From assembly GCA_963829055.1 (NCBI GenBank), contig CAWHHI010000009.1, positions 1 through 64,000 of the forward strand: a stretch of DNA of 64,000 nucleotides, read 5' to 3'. Shown here piece after piece: positions 11,414 to 21,439 of this stretch. The stretch's first letter is position 1. Each line of letters opens with the position of its first letter. The notes under the pieces are model-generated. The model saw only the letters and a program-made list of their open reading frames with translations. It did no database searches and was not told where the DNA came from. The translations under genes were made by a program, and so were the position numbers. Origin of the DNA: an uncultured Gemmatimonadaceae bacterium (lineage in GTDB: Bacteria; Gemmatimonadota; Gemmatimonadetes; Gemmatimonadales; Gemmatimonadaceae).

Positions 11414-12226
11414 TCATGGAACGAGAAATCGGAGAATGCCGAGACCGACCATCAGCACCCCTCCGACCCGCGCCACGAGCGCGCCATGTCGTCCGATTCT
11501 CTCGAGCAGGATGAAGACGGTCAGTGCACCGACCCACGCGAGGTTCATCACACCGACGGCGAACAGCACGGCCATCAACGCCCAGCAGCAGCCGAGGCAG
11601 TAGATGCCGTGGCGAATTCCCATCTGGTATGTGCCAGCGGGGCCGTCACGCCAATGGCTCATGAGAAACCCCAGCGGCGACTGGCACTGTTCGAGACACG
11701 CGCGTTTCGCGCGCGTCAGCTGATACACACCCGCGGCGATGAGCAGCGCGCCGGCGACACGCGGGCTCGCAACGGCCATCGCGCCGGACAAGAGCGCGGC
11801 GTCATGCAATGCCCATTGCGCGAGCGTCGCGACCGCGCTGAACCCGAGCCACACCGTCGCGTAGCCGCAGCCGAACAGCAGTAAGCCCAGGCGCGGGCCA
11901 CCGTGCAGCGCTTGCGCCTGCGCTCGCCGACGCTGCGTCGAGGCAAAGAGGAGCAGCATCGGTGTTGCGGCCGGAGTCATCATGCCGACCATCATCACGG
12001 ACCACATCGCGAACGTGATGACGACGTCGGTGGCGTGCCACGGCGCGTCCATCAGCCCGATCCCGCCCATTGCCACTGCGGACGCAGCGAATGACGACGT
12101 CATCGTGCGCTGCAGATGAACGAGATACGCCCAGGCGAGCGCGCCGACGCCCAGGATGCAGCTCGCGATAGCCAGGCGGTCGCGCCGCGGGGCCCAGCGA
12201 GCGAGATTGCCCGTAAGATTGGTCAA
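11414..12226 (-). CDS. DUF2182 metal-binding integral membrane protein
   Basis: MWSVMMVGMMTP, YQLT.AK.ACL..C, YCLGCCWALM motifs. Confidence 0.9.
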   Translation of the reverse strand: MTNLTGNLARWAPRRDRLAIASCILGVGALAWAYLVHLQRTMTSSFAASAVAMGGIGLMDAPWHATDVVITFAMWSVMMVGMMTPAATPMLLLFASTQRRRAQAQALHGGPRLGLLLFGCGYATVWLGFSAVATLAQWALHDAALLSGAMAVASPRVAGALLIAAGVYQLTRAKRACLEQCQSPLGFLMSHWRDGPAGTYQMGIRHGIYCLGCCWALMAVLFAVGVMNLAWVGALTVFILLERIGRHGALVARVGGVLMVGLGILRFLVP

Positions 12227-12249
12227 CTGGCGAAACGCGAGGTTCGACG

Positions 12250-12855
12250 ATGGCGGAGCGCTGGCATCTCAAGGGACAGGTTCTGGTCGCGTGCAACTGC
12301 GATTGGGGTTGCCCCTGCAACTTCAACGCACGACCCACCACAGGCAAATGCGAGGGCGGGTGGACGTGGCACATCGAAGACGGGTCCTACGCCGGCGTCC
12401 CGCTCGATGGTCTCAACTTCTCCGTCTACGCCAACTGGCCCGGCGCGATCCACGAGGGCAACGGCGAGGCGCTCATCCTCATCGATGAGCGCGCGGATGC
12501 CCGCCAGCGCTCGGCGATCGAAACGCTCGTCGGCGGCACGGTCGGTGGACCGTGGGGCGTGCTGGGATGGACGTGGCCGAAGATCCACGGTCCGTATCCG
12601 GTCTCGTACGATCTCACGTTCGATGGTGTGAACACGCGAATCAAGTGCGGTGATCTCGTCGAGGTCGAGTGCGGTCCGATCCGCAATCCCGTTTCGGGCG
12701 CCGAAGTGCATCCGGGGGTCGTGCTACCGCAGGGCATCATCGTCAAGCGCGCGGACCTCGGCGCGACGACTCGCTTCCGCGTCTCTCGCGGCGTGGAGTA
12801 CGATCACTCAGGCCAGTACATGGCGGTCGGACCGTTCGAGTACGCATCGGCGTAA
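12250..12855 (+). CDS. DUF1326 protein
   Basis: ACNCDWGCPC...PT.G.C and WPGAIHEGNG...IDERA motifs. Confidence 0.9.
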   Translation: MAERWHLKGQVLVACNCDWGCPCNFNARPTTGKCEGGWTWHIEDGSYAGVPLDGLNFSVYANWPGAIHEGNGEALILIDERADARQRSAIETLVGGTVGGPWGVLGWTWPKIHGPYPVSYDLTFDGVNTRIKCGDLVEVECGPIRNPVSGAEVHPGVVLPQGIIVKRADLGATTRFRVSRGVEYDHSGQYMAVGPFEYASA

Positions 12856-12875
12856 GCGAGGCGGCGGCCAGAGTT

Positions 12876-12996
12876 GAAACGGCGCACGGCGGTAACGGCG
12901 CCAAATGCCGAACGGCGCGAAATCCCAGACGGCGCGAAATCCCGAACGGCGCGAAATCCCGAACGGCGCGAAATCCCGAACGGCGACAAAGAGCGG
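12876..12996 (+). repeat. 17-bp-unit array, solo arm
   Basis: GAAACGGCGCACGGC leader, 5 x ACGGCGCGAAATCCCGA-like units, AACGGCGACAAAGAGCGG end; starts about 20 bp after the DUF1326 stop. Confidence 0.95.
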
Positions 12997-13428
12997 AAAG
13001 GCGGCGGCGTTCGGCGCAGGATGGCGTTCGAGTAATACCTCTTCCATGTCGAGTGCACGTCGCCGCGAGATCACAGTCGCGCCTAACGCTGGAATCGCGA
13101 CCTGCGCGCGTCGTACGACGGTGGGCGGGCGATCGTCCGAACGAGAATGTGGCACGGACTCCTCCGGCGTCGGCACCTAACGCGGATTGTCGACGACTGG
13201 TACGCCGTTAGGCGGCGAGCGGTGGGAGTGGAGCGGTGAAGGGCGGGCGCCGGCGGTGAAAGGTCGCAGCGTCATGCGGGCGCAGTCGCGACGAGCATCG
13301 AGCGCTGTATGGGCGCCACGCTGCGTGTCCGTTTCGTTAGGCCATCCACGTACTAATCAGTGGAGGGGAAGTGCCCCTGCTCGCACGTATGCAGACGCGG
13401 CCGACGCCGCACACGAAGGAGGAGGAAA

Positions 13429-14025
13429 ATGCAGTACAACGCATCACGATGGTTTGGACGTTCATGGCTCGTCATCGCAGCCGCTCTCGCGAGTGCATGT
13501 GCCGACAATGCACCGCTCGCACCAGTCGACGCGACGACCGCGCGACGCGTGGCGGCGGCCGCGGATGTGAGCGATGGGAATCGCCTACCGGATCTTCCGG
13601 CCGGCTGCGAAAAGCTCGGGGCGCCGGTGGGAAGCACGCTCCTGCTCCACGCCTTCGGCATTGGCGTTCAGATCTACACCTGGAACGGCTCGAGCTGGGG
13701 TACCGCCGTGCCGGCGGCGACGTTGTACGCCGATGAAGGAGGCCACGGAGTGGTCGCCGACCACTTCGCCGGTCCGAGGTGGAAGAGCAACAGTGGCAGC
13801 ACGGTCCTCGGCACGGTCGCCGAGCGCTGCATTCCGGACGCCGCGTCGATTGCGAATCTTGCGCTCAATGCGGTTTCGGACGGCGCCCCCGGCCTGTTCC
13901 AGAGCGTGAACTTCATCCAGCGGCTCAATACCGTGGGTGGCAACGCTCCTTCCACGCCCGGCTTCCTCGGCCAGGTAGCCAAAATTCCGTACACGGCCGA
14001 CTACCTGTTCTACAAGACTCCGTAA
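13429..14025 (+). CDS. DUF3455 lipoprotein
   Basis: AGGAGG RBS; ASAC lipobox; GVQIY, HFAGPRW, IQRLNTVGG.AP, PYTADYLFY. Confidence 0.9.
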   Translation: MQYNASRWFGRSWLVIAAALASACADNAPLAPVDATTARRVAAAADVSDGNRLPDLPAGCEKLGAPVGSTLLLHAFGIGVQIYTWNGSSWGTAVPAATLYADEGGHGVVADHFAGPRWKSNSGSTVLGTVAERCIPDAASIANLALNAVSDGAPGLFQSVNFIQRLNTVGGNAPSTPGFLGQVAKIPYTADYLFYKTP

Positions 14026-14155
14026 TTCGTCCGCTGCTGAACGTCGAGAGGCCGAGCGCGCGATCCAGCCTCAGCGTGGTCGTGGCAGAACGGGCCACGG
14101 CCACGCCACCGTGCGTCGTCCGGATGGAAGCGGACGTCACGCTCGAACGTGATCC

Positions 14156-14206
14156 TTCCTCATGCGCCCACTTCGTGGGCACCCGGCTACGCTCGCTCGG
14201 AATGAC
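14156..14206. repeat. REP-like half element (…CGCTCGGAATGAC family)
   Basis: TTCCTCATGCGCCC-hairpin-GGGCACCCGGCT..CGCTCGCTCGGAATGAC, nearly identical to 22953-23009. Confidence 0.7.
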
Positions 14207-14211
14207 CAGCC

Positions 14212-15732
14212 TCAATGGATCTGAATGTTGCCACCATCGATCGGTGTGGTGACCGGCGCGTTCTGCGCTGCTCCGGGCTGCGTGTCGTAGAGGACCGACG
14301 TGCCGGCCGCGTTCCACAGCTCGATACGGATTGCGTCCGCGTTGCTGCCGTGGCGGCCCTTCTGGCCATCCACGGCCGTGATGCGGAAGCGAGCCGCGAC
14401 GCCGTTCACCGTCCCGGTGCCCCAGAACTGCGCACGGTTGCCAGAAACGATGAGCATCTCGATCGCCGTGCTCTCGAAGTTCAACTGTGCGCCCGGGATC
14501 CAGAACTTCGCGTTCCCGTCAGGCACCGTCTGGCCGTGGAGGAACCTCACGGTGAAGGTGAAATGCGCCTTCGCATTGCCCTGTCCGGGCACGTCGTAGA
14601 ACCCGCCGCCGGTGGTGAACGCGCCTTCCGGATTGATGACGGGCGGGCGGAACTCGAGTGTCGCGACGCGGTCGGCGAAGACCACCTGTCCGCGATTGTT
14701 GATGGCGGTAACCGACGTCATTCCCGTCAGCGGGAAGACGTCCTCCATGCCGTCCGTCTCGGTCCACACGAAGCCATGTCGCTCGAGGGCCGCAGTGTAG
14801 CTCTCGCCGACGACCTGTCCCAGGTCGTTGACATCGCTCGCGATAGTCGAGCGGCCGACCGCGCCTAACGTGCCGATGTCGCGCATGCCGTCGCGCGGGG
14901 TCCAGAGAAACGCTCGGACGGAAGGCGGCCCACTGTTGGTGCGGCCGACGACCCACCCTGCTTCGTTGAGGGCCAGCGCGACCGTCGGTTCGCCGCCGAG
15001 ACTCCCGAGGTCCCGTGTCCCGGTGCCGGGTGTCCAGAGGAATGCATGATCCTCTTCGCCGAAGCGCGCGGTGCCGGCCAGCTGCCCGGCATTATTGAAG
15101 TCGATTACCTGACCGGGGATGCCGGTGCTCGCGGCGAGGTCCTGCATTCCCCCGCCTGGTGTCCAGAGGAACATTCTGCCCGCGCCAGTCGCCGAGCTGC
15201 TGAGGCCTATGACGCGGCCTTCATCGTCAATGGCGCGGGCGTAGCTGTAGACGCCATCGTCCAAGGTGCCGAGATCCTGCATGCCTGTCCCCGGTGTCCA
15301 GAGGAACGCATGCCATGTCTGGCTCCCCGTGAGGTCGGCGTAGCCCGTCACCTGTCCGGCGTTGTTGATGCCCACGGCGTAGCTGTGAAATCCACCGAGG
15401 GTTCCGAGGTCTTGCATGCCTCCGCCCGACGTCCAGAGGAAGGCGTGCGTGCGCCCGGCGGACGTGTTGCTCCAGCCAACCACCTGGCCGGCATCGTTGA
15501 TGTCGGCGGCCATCGTGGTCGCCCCGCCTAACGTCGGCAGTACGGTGACACTGGCGCCTACGACGGCGGCGCGCGGTACTGTGCGGCTGGCGATCGACGG
15601 ACTCGTCGGAAGCTTGTCGGGCTGCTGGTCGCACGCGGCCGCCCCGATGAGAGTCGTCAGGATCCCGACCAGCGCACGACGTACAACGTGTACGGCGGCG
15701 GGTCCGCGGATCGGTTGGATGAGATGCTTCAT
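14212..15732 (-). CDS. Extracellular HAF-repeat lipoprotein with C-terminal beta domain
   Basis: ATG at 15732 (MKHLIQ); AAAC lipobox; repeated INDAGQVVG...HAFLWT.G.GMQDLGTLGG. Confidence 0.85.
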   Translation of the reverse strand: MKHLIQPIRGPAAVHVVRRALVGILTTLIGAAACDQQPDKLPTSPSIASRTVPRAAVVGASVTVLPTLGGATTMAADINDAGQVVGWSNTSAGRTHAFLWTSGGGMQDLGTLGGFHSYAVGINNAGQVTGYADLTGSQTWHAFLWTPGTGMQDLGTLDDGVYSYARAIDDEGRVIGLSSSATGAGRMFLWTPGGGMQDLAASTGIPGQVIDFNNAGQLAGTARFGEEDHAFLWTPGTGTRDLGSLGGEPTVALALNEAGWVVGRTNSGPPSVRAFLWTPRDGMRDIGTLGAVGRSTIASDVNDLGQVVGESYTAALERHGFVWTETDGMEDVFPLTGMTSVTAINNRGQVVFADRVATLEFRPPVINPEGAFTTGGGFYDVPGQGNAKAHFTFTVRFLHGQTVPDGNAKFWIPGAQLNFESTAIEMLIVSGNRAQFWGTGTVNGVAARFRITAVDGQKGRHGSNADAIRIELWNAAGTSVLYDTQPGAAQNAPVTTPIDGGNIQIH

Positions 15733-15745
15733 GATACGCTCCTGA

Positions 15746-17896
15746 TCACTTGCTGCGGATCTGGATGTTGCCACCCTCGATCCTCTGTGTGACCGGCGCG
15801 TCCTGCGCGGCGCCGGGCTGGCTGTCGTAGACGAGCGCGCCACTCGCGTCCCAGAGCTCGACGCGGACCGCGTCGGCGCTGCCGTATGGGCCCCCTTCCG
15901 CCCCTCCTCGGCGGTGATGCGGAACCGCGCGGGTGCGCCGTTGAGCGTGCCGGTGCCCCAGAACTGTGCGCGGTTCGCCGACACGACGAGCATCTCGATG
16001 GCGGTGCCCTCGAAGTCCAGGTCCCGGGTCGGGATCCAGAACTTCACCGACCCGTTAGGCGTGGTCGCGTGCCCAGCCAGGAAGCTCGCGCTGAACGTGA
16101 AATGCGCCTTCCGGTTGCCCTGGCCGGGGATGTCGTAGAACCCGCCGGCCGTGACGGAGCCGCCCGCAGGGTCGAAGACGACGACGTACCGGAAGAACGC
16201 CGGCGCGCTCGCGCCGCCATCCTCATCGGAGACGGTGACGCTCACGGTGTAGACACCGGCACTCGTGTACGCGCACGTGCCTGCGTACGTGCCCTTTCCC
16301 ACGTACACTCCGTTCACGATGGTATTGGACACGGGTGACGTTCGTCGCGCTGAGCACCACGCCGTTACCGCACGCGACCTCGGCCGCATACACGTCGCTG
16401 ATTCCCGCCGGATCCCTGAACTCGAAGGCGATGGGGGCGCTCGCGCTACCGCCCGTCAGCAGGAGGGGTGTGGCCGGCCCCGTTAGGCTGCCGGGGAGAA
16501 TCGTCGGAGCGATGTTGGCGACGGTGACCGTCGTCGTGGCCGTGTCTCTGCCGCCCCGCCCGTCGGAGGCGACCAGCGTGAGGGTGTACGTGCCGTTGTC
16601 CGCGTACACGTGCGTCCCCGTCCGAGATGGAGAAGTATGGGGCAGCATGGTGTCGAACGCGTCCCACATGCCGTCACCGTAGTACACCAATCCCCAAAGC
16701 TGTCCGCCATCCAGATCGCTTCCGGACATGTTGAACAGCACCTGCGATCCCTCGGAGCCGGTGTACGGTCCGTCCGTCTTCGCCACGGGGAAGACGTTAC
16801 CCGGCGCCAGGTGGGGTATGGCCACGCGACCGTTGCCGACTACCTGCAGGCGGTCGTTGATGGCAACCGCCGTGGAAATGCCGGTCGTCGGCGTGATGCT
16901 CTCGAGCCCCTCCGACGTGGTCCAGATGAAGGCATGCTGTCCCGAGTTGCAGCAGCCCAAGCCTATGGTGCTCGTCCCGACGATCTGGCCCGCCTCGTTG
17001 ATGCCATACGCTGCGCTGCTGTTGCCCGGCGGCCCGAAGGCGCCGAGAGACCGGAAACCGTCCGTGGGTGTCCACATCCATGCGTGGGACGGCAGAATTG
17101 TCGCCACTCGGCCGACTACGGTTCCGGCGTCGTTGATCGCCTGGGCAATGCCGCCGCCGAGGCTCTGCATTCCCTGACCCGGCGTCCACAGGAAAGCGCT
17201 CGAGAAGTCCTCTGGATCGGTCGGCGGAAGAATGACACGGTCGACCGAGTACGCTCGACCCACCACCTGCCCGGAGTTGTTGATGTCGTAGGCGATGCTG
17301 GCGTTGAGGCCGCCGAGAGCACCGAGGTCCTCCATCCCGAGAGCGGCTGTCCACCGGAACGCATGTGTCACTGGCCCGACGAATGGAACGTCCGGGTTGA
17401 CGCGAGGCCTCGTGCTTTGCCCCACCACCTCTCCACGATCGTTCATGCCGCGAGCGATGCTCGACGTGCCGCCGGGGAGGGTGCCGAGGTCCCGCATGCC
17501 TTCACCCGGCGTCCACACGAACGCATGCGTGGCGCCCGTAGCCGTGGTGCTGGACCCGGCGACGTGGCCGGACCCATTGATCGCATACCCCCGGCTCGAC
17601 GGACCGCCGAGCGTGCCGAGGTCCAGGACCCCCCCACCCGGGGTCGATACCGCAGCATGGCCGTTCAGCGTTCCGGCCACCTGACCGGCCGCATTGATCG
17701 CGACACCGTCGAACCCGAGGTTGGTGATGTCCGCGCCAAGGATCGCTGGCAGCGGCGTTGGAAGAGTTCTTAGTGGACTGGTCGGCAGTGGATCGTCCCT
17801 GTTGCATGCCGTGACCAGGGCAAGCGTCAGAACGGCGACGACCCGTGTTGCATTGGACGTCGTCCGTCGGAGAAACTTTTGCATGCGGTATCGCAT
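15746..17896 (-). CDS. HAF-repeat plus PKD-domain lipoprotein (frameshifts near 16330 and 15880)
   Basis: HAF repeats; PKD motif HVYADNGTYTLTL; C-terminal domain paralogous to the next gene; stop TGA at 15746-15748. Confidence 0.8.
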
Positions 17897-18136
17897 AGAG
17901 GCCTCCTCACTGCACGAGAGGGATGCAGAGGCCCCATTCGTCGGGCGCGTCTCACCAGCCCTCTGCGGCTCAAGGTAGGCGTCTAGCGACGCGCATCAGT
18001 CCGGCCGTGCCTGAGCTTCCGTCCGGATATGTCCGACGTGGAATAGCTGTATCAGGCGTATAGGGCAGGAGGAGCCCGGTCAGCGAGTATGAGATGCTCC
18101 TCGGCGCTGCACGTCCGCGATGCGGGCGGTCGCTGC

Positions 18137-19315
18137 CTAACGCTTCCCGTCGGGGGCCGAGCGCAGCCACGCCGGCAGCCAATCGCCCCACAGCTTTCGC
18201 CGATAGACCTGGGCACTCGGCGGATCGTAGTTGGAGAGGACGATCAGCGTGTGGCCGGTGGAGTTCATGTAGAAGATCGTGTTGATCCCCTCCGCGCCGC
18301 CGGCCCACCCACCGGCCCAGCCGTCGGCGCCGAAGGGGGACGGGTTGCGGAGGTCGAGCAGCGAATCTGTGAACGTCGCATCGAGCAGGCGGTGCGCGGC
18401 GATCGCCTGCGAGAGCCGCAGCAGGTCTTCGGCCGAGGAGTAGCCGCCTCCAGCGGACGAACCTCGATAGGCGAGCAGCGACTCCGCCGGCCGCCGCTCG
18501 GGCAGTCGCCTGGCGTCCTCGGCGAAGTCGCCAGCCACACTCGGCGCCGTGGTGTAGGGGATCGCCGTGTTAGGCGCGCGGTCGTCCGGCGTGAAGTAGC
18601 CGGTGTTGCGCATGCCGACCGGGTCGAAGATGTGCTGCTGGACGTAGTCGTAATAGCTCTGCCCACTCGCGCGCTCGATGATCTTCCCGAGCACGACGTA
18701 GCCGGCGTTGCTGTACGCCTGGCTCGTTCCCGGGGCGTACTGCAGCGAGTCCGCCGCGAACAGCGCGATCCAGTCGTCGAGGGTGCGCAGCGTTAGGCGC
18801 TTCGCGACCAGCGTCCGGTAGTTGTCGGTGCCGAAATCGCCGAGCCCGGATCGCATCTCGTAGAGGAGCTTGATCGTCACCTCGTCGCGCACACGCGGGT
18901 TGGGATAGTCGGGCAGATACTTTCCCACCCTGTCCGTCATGGCCAGCTTGCCGGCGTGCTGGAGCTGCCGGATCGCGATGCGCGTGAAGAATTTGTCGAG
19001 GGATCCAAGGTTGAACCGCGTGTCGAGCTTGTTAGGCGTGCCCGTGGCGCGGTTCGCGAGGCCGACAGCTCGGGTGTAGATCGGCACGCCATCGCGGGCG
19101 AGCAGCACCACGCCCGAGAGCGAGTCCATCGCGACCCGCGTCCGCGTGAATGTGTCCACAGTCGCGACGAGCACGCTGTCTCGTGGATCGAGGGCAGAGT
19201 GCGGTGTGGCCTCCGGTATTGCGCCAGCGTCACGGCGTGGCGCCGACGAGCACCCGCCAAGCGCGATGTGGAACGCGAGCACGAGCGTGAACGAGTGTCG
19301 GCGCGACCGCATCAC
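18137..19315 (-). CDS. Serine hydrolase, beta-lactamase class C-like
   Basis: FNLGSLDK (SxxK) and YSNAGY motifs; lipoprotein signal. Confidence 0.9.
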   Translation of the reverse strand: MMRSRRHSFTLVLAFHIALGGCSSAPRRDAGAIPEATPHSALDPRDSVLVATVDTFTRTRVAMDSLSGVVLLARDGVPIYTRAVGLANRATGTPNKLDTRFNLGSLDKFFTRIAIRQLQHAGKLAMTDRVGKYLPDYPNPRVRDEVTIKLLYEMRSGLGDFGTDNYRTLVAKRLTLRTLDDWIALFAADSLQYAPGTSQAYSNAGYVVLGKIIERASGQSYYDYVQQHIFDPVGMRNTGYFTPDDRAPNTAIPYTTAPSVAGDFAEDARRLPERRPAESLLAYRGSSAGGGYSSAEDLLRLSQAIAAHRLLDATFTDSLLDLRNPSPFGADGWAGGWAGGAEGINTIFYMNSTGHTLIVLSNYDPPSAQVYRRKLWGDWLPAWLRSAPDGKR

Positions 19316-19896
19316 CGTTTCTCCTCAATGGCCTTACCGCGCTTCGCGGTCGCGGGCGCCGCATCGTCGAGCACCAGGTCGATCACGTCCTTGCTGAATC
19401 CTTCGAAGGCATAGCCGCCAGCGGAGCTGCGCCACCGTCGCTCCAGCCAGCCAAGCGTGGCGAGGTAGAGGATCTCGCCGAGGCGGCGTCCGCGCTCGCC
19501 CGGGACGCCTGCGTCCGACATGACCTGCTCGAAGAAGGCGACGCGCTTCGCCTCGATCGTCTCGACTCGACGCGCGACCTTCGAGTCGCGCCGTGCCCAG
19601 GCGAAGATCTCGCGGTCGGGTGGATACGGGCTCGCATTCGCGAGCTCGAAGAATCGGACGGCGCGCTCGCGCGGGGTCGGTGCCGCGCTCGCACCGGAGA
19701 TGAGCCAGGCGGTCTCCTCCTCCCATCGGGCGAGGATGGTGGCGAGCAGCTCTGCCCGATCCTCGAAGTGCCAGTAGAAGCTGCCGCGGCTGACACCGAG
19801 CTGGCGTGCGAGCACCTCGATGCGGACGGCGTCTATCCCGCCGCTGCGCAGCGCCTCAATGGCAGCGACGATCCATTCTTCGCGGCTGAGCGTCAC
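19312..19896 (-). CDS. TetR/AcrR transcriptional regulator
   Basis: HTH LARQLGVSRGSFYWHF; overlaps the hydrolase start. Confidence 0.9.
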   Translation of the reverse strand: MTLSREEWIVAAIEALRSGGIDAVRIEVLARQLGVSRGSFYWHFEDRAELLATILARWEEETAWLISGASAAPTPRERAVRFFELANASPYPPDREIFAWARRDSKVARRVETIEAKRVAFFEQVMSDAGVPGERGRRLGEILYLATLGWLERRWRSSAGGYAFEGFSKDVIDLVLDDAAPATAKRGKAIEEKR

Positions 19897-19906
19897 AGGC
19901 TGTTTC

Positions 19907-19968
19907 CATACAGGAGTGTATGCTCAAACTATGACAATCGGCCCAGCAGAGTCAATACAGTACTGTAT
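19907..19968. promoter_or_regulatory. Two TetR-type operators flanking a minus-strand promoter
   Basis: CATACAGGAGTGTATG (19907-19922) and ATACAGTACTGTAT (19955-19968), both ATACA-N4-TGTAT; minus-strand TTGACT-16nt-CATAGT between them. Confidence 0.7.
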
Positions 19969-20112
19969 GGTAACGACGACGAAGGGCCGTGTTCGCGCAG
20001 CGTGGCCGCTGACGATGAGATTGCCAGACACGTACATTGGCGCTCGCGTCGGAATCCGCGTGAAATGACGGGAGCGCGGCGTAAGGAATCGACCGAGTAT
20101 CGAGGTGGCAAC

Positions 20113-21435
20113 GTGAATCGCACTGTCGTTCGTGGCGCTCTGCTCGCTGCATTGCTCGCCCTCGCCGTCCGTGAGATCGGCGCGCAGTCCCAGCTCGACG
20201 CGCGACATCGGTGGGAGCGACTCTGCACCATCCGGCGCGAGAAGTTCGACCGCATTCTCCCCGAAGCGATGCGTGAGAACGGGATCGACATGTGGATCGT
20301 CGCCATGAAGGAAGGCCATTACGATCCGCTATGGGAGCTGCTCGGCCGCGGCTACGTGGGAAGCATCGGTTATTACATCTTCACGAACCGCGGTGGTGAC
20401 CGGATCGAGCGCGCCGCGATCGGAATAGACGATCATCATCGCGCGGCGTGCGGCGCGTACGACATCGACTCCACCGTCGCGTTAGGCCGCTTCGTCGCCG
20501 AGCGGAAGCCGCGGCGCATTGGCCTCGACATGTCGGAGGAGATGGGTCTCGCGGACGGGCTCTCGCACACGCTGTACACCCACATCGTGAAGGAGGTCGG
20601 CCCGGAGTACGCCTCACGCCTGGTGTCGGCGGAGAAGATGATCTCCGACTTCAGCTCGCGGCGCGTTGCGTCGGAGCTGGTGGCGTTCGGCGAGGCGACG
20701 GAGATCGGCCGACAGATCGCCGAGCGAGCGCTGTCGAAGGAGGTCATCACGCCAGGCATGACGACGCTGGCCGATGTCGCCTGGTGGATTCAGGACGAGA
20801 TGCTCCGGCGTGGGCTCGGCTCGTCGTTCGAGGCGCCGTCCATCTACATCACGGGACCGAACGGGATCGAGGCGACGTCGAACGATCGGATCATTCAGCG
20901 CGGCGATCTCCTGATGATCGATTTCGGCGTCGGTTACCTGAACATGTGGACCGACCAGAAACGGATCGCGTACGTGCTCAAGCCCGGGGAGACGGGGTTG
21001 CCGGCGAGCTATCAGCGCGCGTTCGACAACGCCGTGCGCGTCCGTGACGTGATCCATCGTACCGCGCGTCCCGGGAAGTCGGCGCAGGCGATGATGAACG
21101 AGCTGAATGCGGCGATCGCGGCCGCGGGGTTCACGGCGATGCGCGGCTTCAACGAGGTCCGTGCGGACGCGTCGGTCGAATTCATCATCGGGTGCCACTC
21201 GGTGGGCGACTGGGGCCACGGGATCGGGCCGTCGATGGCGTTCTTCAACCCCGGCCGCCTCACGTACGAGATGCGCCCGACGAACCTGTTCTCCATCGAG
21301 CTGTTCGCGTACACGCCGATCCCGGAGTGGCAGGGGAAGAAGCTCCGGATTCCGCTCGAGGACGACGCGGTGATCACGGCGCGTGGCGTGGAGTGGTTAT
21401 CGCCACCGATTCACCGAATAGGCCTCATACCGTAG
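20113..21435 (+). CDS. M24 (Xaa-Pro) metallopeptidase, secreted
   Basis: Signal peptide; IIQRGDLLMIDFG...TDQKR, HSVGDWGH, SIE and LEDD motifs. Confidence 0.9.
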   Translation: MNRTVVRGALLAALLALAVREIGAQSQLDARHRWERLCTIRREKFDRILPEAMRENGIDMWIVAMKEGHYDPLWELLGRGYVGSIGYYIFTNRGGDRIERAAIGIDDHHRAACGAYDIDSTVALGRFVAERKPRRIGLDMSEEMGLADGLSHTLYTHIVKEVGPEYASRLVSAEKMISDFSSRRVASELVAFGEATEIGRQIAERALSKEVITPGMTTLADVAWWIQDEMLRRGLGSSFEAPSIYITGPNGIEATSNDRIIQRGDLLMIDFGVGYLNMWTDQKRIAYVLKPGETGLPASYQRAFDNAVRVRDVIHRTARPGKSAQAMMNELNAAIAAAGFTAMRGFNEVRADASVEFIIGCHSVGDWGHGIGPSMAFFNPGRLTYEMRPTNLFSIELFAYTPIPEWQGKKLRIPLEDDAVITARGVEWLSPPIHRIGLIP

Positions 21436-21439
21436 CGCC

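Noticed and set aside
12876..12996. 17-bp arrays as a CRISPR array
   Set aside because: Units are contiguous with no unique spacers, and there are no cas genes in the window
13075..13345. Cluster of four octamer-like sites as an attC
   Set aside because: No complementary L''/L' stem between them
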